A DNA stretch of 64,000 nt from Candidatus Nomurabacteria bacterium (GTDB taxonomy: Bacteria > Patescibacteriota > WWE3 > UBA101185 > UBA10185): contig JACKGU010000001.1 of assembly GCA_020631855.1 (NCBI GenBank), positions 363,118-427,117 on the forward strand, read 5' to 3'. Made by a program: the position numbers and the translations under genes. Position 1 is the stretch's first letter. Each line of letters opens with the position of its first letter. The notes below the pieces were generated by a model. The model searched no databases and was not told where the DNA came from. It worked only from the letters and a program-made list of their open reading frames with translations. Positions 56,591 through 64,000 of this stretch are shown here, piece by piece.

Positions 56591-57792
56591 CTAAGAGTCT
56601 TGTTGCAGAGTAGGGGCACTTAAAGCATATAATATGCTTCCAAGTTCCTTCTTCTGCTCTTCATTTAATAACATCTGTGGTTGTTCTTCAGGGTAGACGT
56701 TTTCAAGACTTTTAAGAAGTCCTAGTGCCTTCTGCAAGGGCAGTCTTGCCTCCAGATCTAAGATTACTTCGTTAAAACGAGTCCGCATTGGAAGCAAATT
56801 GTTGATTACTTCCTCTGAAAACACAGGAGAGAGAGAGCAGCCCAAAGTCTAGGACCTGCTACCATCTCTAGAAACCCACGCTCCCCCAAAGACATGCCTT
56901 GTACTGCTCTTAAAAACTCGACGGTGTCTTTTGCTGAGTAGTTCGTCGAATTAGCAAAAGTAATAAAATCGGGACGTGTTTCCCAAAAATGTCGGAGTGA
57001 CGAGGAGATTCTTTCTTCGATTTTATTAGAAAAAACTCCTCCTAGATCAGCGTAAACTGCGCAGGCAACTACCTGAGGCAAAACTGGTATGTGCGTCCCA
57101 GAAGCACACACCGCGTCAACTAGATCTTGGGCATCAATTATTTTTGTACGAGTAAGAGCGGCTGGCCAAGATCCTCCAACAAGATCCTCGGTATGTATTC
57201 TCAAGTTAGTTGCTGCGATAGTCCCCACAGCTACAAGCACAATAGCTTCATAGTCTAGGATTTCATCCCGTGAATTTTCGTTTATTGCGTTGGCCGAATA
57301 TAACATAGCCGCTATGGACTCGGTTTCGTTGCTGAGGCTAAAATTAGGACCTCGGCCATGTAGAAAAACGATCGAATCGTGGTATGCCATGCCCATTAAA
57401 AGTCCGAAGATTTGTTCCTTAGTGAGGGATTCTTTACATAAATCCGTAACTGTAGACAACCTCTCTATAGTTTGAAGAGTGTGAAGCTCGTCGTGATAAA
57501 CCCTATGATGAGCCTCTGATCCCTCTAACCTATATACTTCTGGAAACCAAATTCCATTTAACACTAAGTGTTGTAGGGAATTTTGAGCGTGCCCACTAGT
57601 AGCACAAGCTATAACATTACTAGAAATAAACCCTTCTACTGTTTTGGCCGCCGGTACACTCAGCCCCAGGCCTACAAATCTACTAAAAAGCTCTTCGCTA
57701 GAAAAGGCTACATCAAGCCTCCACCTTTTGTCTCCAGATGCAGCCCTTGCAATGCCTCCATCTTCAGGTTTTGGGCCTCCTTTGGTCGCCAT
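56591..57792 (-). pseudogene. hypothetical protein split by a frameshift (56806..57792 + 56591..56845), GC-richer than surroundings; possible HD-like motifs
   Basis: Two same-strand ORFs overlap by 40 nt in different frames. AHHRVYHD and MAYHDS motifs are present. The local GC content is visibly higher than the flanks. Confidence 0.35.
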
Positions 57793-57815
57793 ATAACTTT
57801 TCCTCTCATTAAATT

Positions 57816-59096
57816 TTATCTTGCAATAATGTTACTCAAATAATTACCAACTTTTTCGGCCACACTAACAAACTCTGCGTATGTTGTATTTTTACTCATT
57901 AAGCAAACTACAGCCCTAGCCTCAATTTGAGAGCTATCATACACTATACCGCAGTCGTGCCAAGATCCGGTATTTCCCCAACTTCCTATTTTATGCGAAA
58001 AAGAAAGTCCGGAATTTAGGCCGGAGCTTATTCTATCATCAAAATAAGTATTGAACATGGTTTTAATTATTGTAGAAGATCCATCGTTTCCTAAATAATA
58101 GTTCTTGTTAGAGCCAATGATCTGAAGAAAAAGATGTTCAAATATCGAGCCCACCTCGACAGGGGTAGTGATATTCTCTTCAAAAAAAATGCTTCCGGGA
58201 TTACCGGAAATGTTCGAGAACCCCTCTTCGATTTTAGAAAGGCCAATGTATCTGACAAGCATGTTTTGCGCAACATTGTCTGATTGTTTTAGTAATAAAT
58301 CCAGCAACTCCTTGACGGTAAATCTTGTCCCGTAAGGGTAAGTATTAATACTTCCTGTTCCTCCGTAAAAATCTATACGCAAATAAGAAACTTCGTCTTC
58401 TAGCGAAATTGTCCGGTCTTCAATTTGCTTTAGTACCGACACGGCAACGGGAACTTTGTACAAAGAAGCTCCAAAAAAACTTTCGTCAGCATTGTACTTA
58501 TACTCACTGCCCGAGGACAAATCTTTAATATATAAACCAAAAACACCTTGTGCTTGTTGAATCTCCTCAACAAGTTCTTCAAATAACTCTTTGTTGTTAA
58601 CACCGCCATTTAAACCTTCATGAAACTGCGTAAGTGGCTCCGGCGAGAAAGGCTTAGGCACTGTCTCTAAAGAAGGTTCTATTGTATTATCGTTATTGAA
58701 ATCCTCTCCTATTATTACAAAAGAATCGTTCGAAAGTGTTTGTACCTGATCACGATAAAAATCTAAAAAACTTTGTGCCGCAAACCAACCACGACTAACT
58801 TCTGAGGGCATGTTGTCTGAAACATATATCAGTTCTGCATAGGGCAGCGATTGAAAATCGGCAGAAAAATATGAGACTGAAAGTTCTTGGAAATTACTAT
58901 AAAAAAATGCAAGAATCCCGGCGCGATTTTCAATCGCCTTAAATCCTACTAAAAACAGGCAGCCGGCAAGAAAAAAGCCTGCAAGGCCCCACAATAAATG
59001 TGAAAGGAAAAACTGTACTTTTTGAATATACTCAAAAAAATGCTGGCTATCTCTCTCGTCCCACAAAACTTTATACTTAAAAAGACACTTATGCAT
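57816..59096 (-). CDS. membrane-anchored class A beta-lactamase-like serine hydrolase
   Basis: SxxK (GASLYK), SDN (KQSDNVAQNMLV) and a KTG-like HKIGSWG motif; N-terminal TM. Confidence 0.6.
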   Translation of the reverse strand: MHKCLFKYKVLWDERDSQHFFEYIQKVQFFLSHLLWGLAGFFLAGCLFLVGFKAIENRAGILAFFYSNFQELSVSYFSADFQSLPYAELIYVSDNMPSEVSRGWFAAQSFLDFYRDQVQTLSNDSFVIIGEDFNNDNTIEPSLETVPKPFSPEPLTQFHEGLNGGVNNKELFEELVEEIQQAQGVFGLYIKDLSSGSEYKYNADESFFGASLYKVPVAVSVLKQIEDRTISLEDEVSYLRIDFYGGTGSINTYPYGTRFTVKELLDLLLKQSDNVAQNMLVRYIGLSKIEEGFSNISGNPGSIFFEENITTPVEVGSIFEHLFLQIIGSNKNYYLGNDGSSTIIKTMFNTYFDDRISSGLNSGLSFSHKIGSWGNTGSWHDCGIVYDSSQIEARAVVCLMSKNTTYAEFVSVAEKVGNYLSNIIAR

Positions 59097-59159
59097 AATG
59101 TAATTTTATCACCCTGGCGTGTTTTTAGTCTCAAACATTAAATGTATAATTAAATTTAA

Positions 59160-60338
59160 ATGAGCCAACACAAAAAAATTTATATAGAAAAAAACTCACA
59201 TTTAAAAGCTTTTGCGGCTGTACTAATTTTAGGCGTTCTTATGTTCCTCGGAACCAACGCGCAAACAACCCACGCACAAAGCGAGTTCTACCCTCCGCAA
59301 TTAACTCAAACAGCAGTAAAGGGAATGGTTACTGAGGTAGTTAAAGAGCAGCTTATCCAGAACGAATACGCAAAATACACATATCAAGAACTAAAAATAA
59401 AACTGACGCAGGAACCATACCTAAATCAAGAAATTATAGTAAAAATAAACGAAACTCCTACATCTAACAGCACAAGATACGAAGTAGGAGATAAACTCAA
59501 TCTGCTTAGGGTGGAAGACGAAAACTCAAAGATCTCGTACTACATAACCGACTTCGATCGTACAAACGCTATTGTACTAATTTTTTTCGCTTTCATTATC
59601 TGCGTTTTATCGGTCAGTAGATTTTGGGGGCTTGCCGCAGTAATAGGAATGGTCTATTCCTTTGCGATTATTTTTAAACTCATGTTACCGCAAATTCTAA
59701 ACGGGCACGATCCCCTGCTCATAGCTATACTTAGCGCCTTTCTAATTGCGCCCGCCTCTTTTTATTTATCACACGGTATAAATAGAAAAACCACTATTGC
59801 CCTAATCTCAACAACAATTGCCCTAATAATAACCGGGATCCTCTCCATAATTGCAATTAACATGTCTAAACTCACAGGATTTGGCTCCGAAGAAGCATAT
59901 TTTTTGCAGCTTGCGAAACACGGCGAAATAAATATAAAAGGACTTTTATTGGCCGGCATAATAATTGGAACGCTGGGAATACTTGACGACGTAACTGTAT
60001 CGCAAGCCTCAATAGTAACTCAGCTTAAACACGCAAACAAAAGGCTATCCCAAATAGAGCTATATAAATACGCCATGCGTGTTGGGCACGACCATATAAC
60101 CTCAACAGTTAACACTCTTGTACTCGTTTACACCGGGGCCGCAATGCCACTACTTCTACTTTTTATTAATTCAGAAAAGAGCTTTACCGAGGTTATGAGT
60201 CTAGAAATTATTGCAGACGAAATAATTCGAACGCTTGTAGGAAGCATCGGGCTTATTCTTGCCGTACCCATAACAACATTCCTCGCCGTCAAGTTTGCCG
60301 ACGAAAACGACACATCTGCAGAACGACACTCTCACTAA
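59160..60338 (+). CDS. YibE/F-family membrane protein
   Basis: Signal/TM, an about 100-aa extracytoplasmic domain, then 7-8 TM helices, matching the YibE/F topology. Confidence 0.55.
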   Translation: MSQHKKIYIEKNSHLKAFAAVLILGVLMFLGTNAQTTHAQSEFYPPQLTQTAVKGMVTEVVKEQLIQNEYAKYTYQELKIKLTQEPYLNQEIIVKINETPTSNSTRYEVGDKLNLLRVEDENSKISYYITDFDRTNAIVLIFFAFIICVLSVSRFWGLAAVIGMVYSFAIIFKLMLPQILNGHDPLLIAILSAFLIAPASFYLSHGINRKTTIALISTTIALIITGILSIIAINMSKLTGFGSEEAYFLQLAKHGEINIKGLLLAGIIIGTLGILDDVTVSQASIVTQLKHANKRLSQIELYKYAMRVGHDHITSTVNTLVLVYTGAAMPLLLLFINSEKSFTEVMSLEIIADEIIRTLVGSIGLILAVPITTFLAVKFADENDTSAERHSH

Positions 60339-60413
60339 GTGGTATAATTGCTAAATAACTTCTAGCGAAATAAACTTGGATGAAAGCCCTAGGCCATTTC
60401 CACTAGAGTTCAT

Positions 60414-60491
60414 CGGGGTATAGCTCAGCTTGGCTAGAGCGCACGATTCGGGTTCGTGAGGCCGCAGGTTCGAATCCTGCTACCCCGACCA
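60414..60491 (+). tRNA. tRNA-Pro (anticodon CGG), CCA encoded
   Basis: Acceptor CGGGGUA/UACCCCG, D-arm GCUC-AGCUUGGCUA-GAGC, anticodon stem CACGA/UCGUG with loop UUCGGGU, T-arm GCAGG-UUCGAAU-CCUGC, ends ACCA. Confidence 0.8.
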
Positions 60492-62047
60492 TTGGATTTT
60501 TCCCTCTGTTTGAATAGGGTGTTGAATGGTTCTTTTAGTTGGTATGAAAGGATTTCGTCATCTCCAACATCGATGTTCAAGAATATAAATCGGCAAATTG
60601 CATCTTTTACAGCAGGACCGCCGTTTTTTACTGCTACTGGAGCGTTTTTCGATAAGTTCAAGAATTGTTCCAAACTTATCTCCTCTACCTCTGATTTTTC
60701 CAGCTTTTCATTTAATTTCTCCATTTCCATTTCCAATTCCTCTTGTTGAATTGATAAATTCTCGATTTCCTGTTCACCAACTTTTCTAGCCGTCTTGTTT
60801 GTGGATGACTTCAATACAGATAAGGACAATTCCTTTATTTGAGTTTTAACAAAGTTCAGAGAACCTTGCGTGCTATGCAACAAGGTCCTTAACTCAGCCC
60901 TTCTTTTATCGCTTATCTGCTTGAGGCTTCCGTAATAAGCGTTGTACTCCTTTTCAGTAAAATTGAGACCATCATCAAGTAGTTCATATATAAAATCCAT
61001 TACGAACTTCATCCTGACTGATTTTTTGATACCATTTGGGTTTTCTTCAGTCTCTTGGTAGCGTAAACAGCTCTTGTTATCACACCTTGCATACAGATTC
61101 CTCGTCACTTTATTTCCACTTAAAGAAGGTGCGATATACATATTCCCACCACAAAAAGCACACTTAACAATTCCTTTTAATGGATAGAAAGCTAGTCTCT
61201 GTCTAGTCCTGTAGGGGGTCTGATGGACTCTGGATTGTTGCTGTATGCGAAAGAAATCAGCCTCTGCAACCGCAGGGACAAAGTCATAAATTTCTCTCAA
61301 GTCCACGCTTTGGTTAGCCTGTACCAAAACACCATAATAAAAAGGGTCTCTAAACATTTCAGAAAGTTTCTGAGGTGTCATCTTTGTTTTCCTCCTAGTC
61401 TTTTTTATTTCTCTAAAATATCCAAAGGAATTTATAGTTTCAGAAATTTCTTCGTGGGGCTTTCCCTCTAGCTTCATACTCCATGCAGTTTTAATGAGTT
61501 CGTGGTTATCACCATCTGGTCTGTATATGCCATCCTCATTTTTGTAACCGTATTTAGGTGTTGGTGATAGACCCTTTTTCAGGTTATCTCTTACTCCTCT
61601 TGTGACATCCACTGATAGCTTGTCAGAATACTGTTTAGATAACACAAATGCTATACCTAATAGCATTTTTCCACTAGGCGTGTTTTCGAAGTGATGAGTT
61701 ACAAATTTCAGATCTACTATAGATCCCTCATCCAACATGTTTATTATTTCTCCTCCCTCCTTCATATTCCTTGCTAGACGGTCTGGGTGCCACGATAATA
61801 TGCCATCGTACTCTTTTCTTTTTAACTTACGTAATACTTCAGTAAACTTTTCTCGTTTCCCTGGAGATTTTGCGGAACCTTCTTCCTTTATTATCTCTAC
61901 GACATTAAGACCCTTATACTTAGCGAATTTTTCACAGACATCTTTTTGTTGAGGAATCGATTTCAACTGACCCTCATTGTCCTCTCGGGATCTTCTTAAA
62001 TACATTACATATTTTAACTTTGTAATATCCAATTGCTCATCTATCAT
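60434..62047 (-). CDS. large serine recombinase (integrase), full length; last 19 codons antisense to tRNA-Pro
   Basis: N-terminal resolvase domain YLRRSREDNEGQLKSIPQQ (catalytic Ser), a recombinase domain, a Zn-ribbon (CAFCGG...CDNKSC) and a coiled coil. The stop codon TAG lies at tRNA-Pro nt 21-23 on the opposite strand. Confidence 0.85.
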   Translation of the reverse strand: MIDEQLDITKLKYVMYLRRSREDNEGQLKSIPQQKDVCEKFAKYKGLNVVEIIKEEGSAKSPGKREKFTEVLRKLKRKEYDGILSWHPDRLARNMKEGGEIINMLDEGSIVDLKFVTHHFENTPSGKMLLGIAFVLSKQYSDKLSVDVTRGVRDNLKKGLSPTPKYGYKNEDGIYRPDGDNHELIKTAWSMKLEGKPHEEISETINSFGYFREIKKTRRKTKMTPQKLSEMFRDPFYYGVLVQANQSVDLREIYDFVPAVAEADFFRIQQQSRVHQTPYRTRQRLAFYPLKGIVKCAFCGGNMYIAPSLSGNKVTRNLYARCDNKSCLRYQETEENPNGIKKSVRMKFVMDFIYELLDDGLNFTEKEYNAYYGSLKQISDKRRAELRTLLHSTQGSLNFVKTQIKELSLSVLKSSTNKTARKVGEQEIENLSIQQEELEMEMEKLNEKLEKSEVEEISLEQFLNLSKNAPVAVKNGGPAVKDAICRFIFLNIDVGDDEILSYQLKEPFNTLFKQREKSNGRGSRIRTCGLTNPNRAL

Positions 62048-62342
62048 CTATTTAATTATAAAGGTGCAGATTAAACTTATAAACTGTTCAAGACATTCCA
62101 CGCTAATACTTTAAAAGTTGATTCGACCTCCATTATTATCACTCATTGAGGTTGCATTTATAGGCATTAATAACTGTTCATCAATGTTAAGCAAATATTC
62201 AACTAAACCTATTAGGTTTTTAGTTTGATTATTTACGGGGACTTTAGTCTCCTTTTGCTTAACTTTTTTAGCCATATATCTTGTTCGTAAAACATGTAAT
62301 TTTTTAGGTTATGAGGGATGTAGTTACACATCCCCCACACAT

Positions 62343-62855
62343 TTATCCTCTTTGCCAATTTCTAAGCTTTTCTGGTAAATTCTGTCCCAAAAGAAACTTT
62401 AGTTTCGCTTGAGGGTCGTCTCTAAACATTTCCAGTTTTCTTTCAAAAAGCATGTTCTCATCGATTTCCATGTTATCCAGCTCCCTAAGAGCCTCTAACA
62501 TCTTCATTTTTAATTCTGGTTCACTTGTTTCTTCTAGTCCGTCTTCTAATAAGTCCTGTACCTTCGCTTTCTTTCTCATGACCTCTGTTTCTTGAGTAAC
62601 CAAATCAGTAAGTAATTGTCTGATTTGTCCCAATGTATAGCCTTCTGACTTCAATACATCGATCAGCTCGAGATAGTCCACCATTGCTTCTGGGTAGTAT
62701 CCAGTTGACCCTACGCCTCCTTCTGGAAGCTTTTTCCTCAACATTCTAGGTAAAAGACCTTCTTTTCTTGCGGATTCAATGCTAGTACTTATGTTCCTAT
62801 TTAATATCTCTTTTTCCATCTGAGTTCTTGTTAGGTATTTCATTGTTATCACCAC
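62343..62855 (-). CDS. MerR-family HTH transcriptional regulator (phage-type)
   Basis: KEGLLPRMLRKKLPEGGVGSTGYYPEAMVDYLELIDVLKSEGYTLGQIRQLL matches the MerR DNA-binding domain pattern (GLL.P.R..g..R.Y......L..I..L...G.sL.eI..LL). Confidence 0.5.
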   Translation of the reverse strand: MVITMKYLTRTQMEKEILNRNISTSIESARKEGLLPRMLRKKLPEGGVGSTGYYPEAMVDYLELIDVLKSEGYTLGQIRQLLTDLVTQETEVMRKKAKVQDLLEDGLEETSEPELKMKMLEALRELDNMEIDENMLFERKLEMFRDDPQAKLKFLLGQNLPEKLRNWQRG

Positions 62856-63194
62856 CTTTAGTTGTTAAAATTTGCAACAAAAAAAGGAACTCGCCCACAA
62901 AGATTTGCAAATCCTCATGTTTGAATTCCTATTACTGATACTCGTTGAAAAAGTTATAAAAATATAACTTAGTAGATAGATTCTATTACAATTAAGAACA
63001 TGCGTCAACCACTATTTACTGTACCTAAAGCAAATTCCTTAGGCTTTCTACGAATTTTCAAGCCTTAAAATACCTTATAGTTGCGTTTGGGTAAGGACTT
63101 AAAAATACAAATACTTTAAGTACAACAAATATGGCAACTCGTTAAATATATTTAACGTTTATAAATTGATATTACTCGTTGATATAATACAAAC

Positions 63195-64000
63195 ATGGAA
63201 AACGAAATAAATGTAGAAGAACTAATTGCAAATATAGAAGATGCATCCTCCGACTATAAATACGATCACCAAATTGCCGATGCCTTCCGAAAGATTATCG
63301 AGGATAACAAAGAGAAACTGACGGATGAACAACATAAATACTTGCAGTGGGAATTCCTGCTTTTCAGATTAATGACAAAAAACAGATTTAACAACGACAT
63401 GATTAAGACACCTAGGTTTGTCCCGATGGCTACATTTACAGATGGAAGTATCTTTCCAGATCCCGACACATTCCCTAAAGAATCCTTTGAATATTTCAGT
63501 CGTAGAACTAAAAAAACCAAGAGTCCTATCTTTAAATCACGTTACTTGGACTTTCTCTGGGAAAAATCAGATCTGGAAAACAAACATCTATTTGCAATTG
63601 AAGCAATAGAGGAGTACCTAAAAGCAATAGATGCTTATGAAAATGAGGATGCAATAATAGAAAAACTAGATTGTATGCAACGAGCAGCAGAACTTGCGCT
63701 CATTTTAGAGAATTCTCTAGACGAAAAACCAAACATACTAAAGGTATCAGATAAAGTAAAGGAAATGATAACTGCAACTAGAGAATCTGGAAAACACAGA
63801 TGGCTGCTAGAACAGTTTGAGTTAGTCATTGCTCTGTCTGATTTCTTTTCCAGAGAAGAGATAGAAGAATATATTGGGTTAGTTGAAACCATAGTCAAAA
63901 AATATCATGCCGACGGTAATTTTCACTTGCAAAGAAGTTTCTTGGATATAAAGGGTAACCTAGCGACCCTACTTGAAGATAATAAGGATACAAAGAACAA
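63195..64000 (+). CDS. hypothetical protein, 3'-partial (runs off window); absent from ORF track because unterminated
   Basis: ATG at 63195 and no stop codon through 64000 (268 codons); MENEINVEELIANIED... Confidence 0.45.
   Translation, partial: MENEINVEELIANIEDASSDYKYDHQIADAFRKIIEDNKEKLTDEQHKYLQWEFLLFRLMTKNRFNNDMIKTPRFVPMATFTDGSIFPDPDTFPKESFEYFSRRTKKTKSPIFKSRYLDFLWEKSDLENKHLFAIEAIEEYLKAIDAYENEDAIIEKLDCMQRAAELALILENSLDEKPNILKVSDKVKEMITATRESGKHRWLLEQFELVIALSDFFSREEIEEYIGLVETIVKKYHADGNFHLQRSFLDIKGNLATLLEDNKDTKN

Larger units (their letters stand above)
60414..64000. mobile_element. left end of a tRNA-Pro-associated integrative element (serine recombinase, MerR-like regulator, unknown cargo); right end beyond window
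   Basis: The recombinase abuts and overlaps the tRNA. The downstream genes are AT-rich, and there are large AT-rich intergenic spacers at 62048-62342 and 62856-63194. Confidence 0.5.

Noticed and set aside
63266-63898. ORFs 63266..63520 (-), 63418..63609 (+), 63635..63898 (-)
   Set aside because: They are embedded in, or antisense to, the long unterminated plus-strand ORF starting at 63195, which has uniform coding periodicity to the window edge.

Overview
The window is a low-GC (roughly 35-40%) bacterial chromosome segment using the standard genetic code (TGA is a stop). Compact genes, few Shine-Dalgarno sequences, giant Cys-rich surface proteins and a minimal set of housekeeping genes suggest a Patescibacteria/CPR-like organism, but that is inference from gene content only.

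Housekeeping content, in order:
- RNase P RNA, antisense and overlapped by three spurious ORFs in the track.
- mltG, then an ftsE-ftsX-M23/EnvC-like operon, tsaE-tsaB, a sugar epimerase and a GT2 gene.
- tRNA-Ile(UAU) and hpf.
- A complete suf Fe-S operon on the minus strand (ArsR-like regulator, sufC, sufB, sufD, sufS, sufU, DUF1858, ferredoxin).
- A 1388-aa secreted Cys-rich protein, an FtsX/MacB-type permease, PepF, a class II aldolase, VanW, an NYN-domain protein, BipA, a class-A beta-lactamase-like hydrolase and a YibE/F protein.

Five tRNAs are present (Ile-UAU, Asn-GUU, Glu-CUC, Gln-CUG, Pro-CGG). The 3' ends of four of them show signs of site-specific integration:
- An intact large serine recombinase gene ends antisense inside tRNA-Pro, at the left end of an element that runs off the window.
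- A 5'-truncated homologous recombinase fragment ends antisense inside tRNA-Asn.
- tRNA-Glu has a 19-bp copy of its 3' end 117 nt downstream.
- tRNA-Gln has an exact 21-bp copy of its 3' end 0.83 kb downstream. It is followed by a cassette-array-like island of about 5 kb (38.8-44.7 kb). Single-gene modules there (S51 peptidase, HhH-GPD, RyR domain, HD nucleotidase, methyltransferase, M28 peptidase) are separated by a conserved junction motif related to the tRNA-Gln att site.

Other unusual items:
- A roughly 120-nt intergenic repeat family with four copies, two of them tandem.
- An apparently circularly permuted M23 peptidase domain.
- A 19-Cys metallothionein-like small gene.
- An FG-GAP propeller gene with near-identical 192-bp internal repeats and a leaderless-type promoter.
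- A predicted operator palindrome overlapping the suf regulator promoter.
- An AT-rich accessory block (46.3-54.6 kb) encoding membrane and glycosylation proteins.
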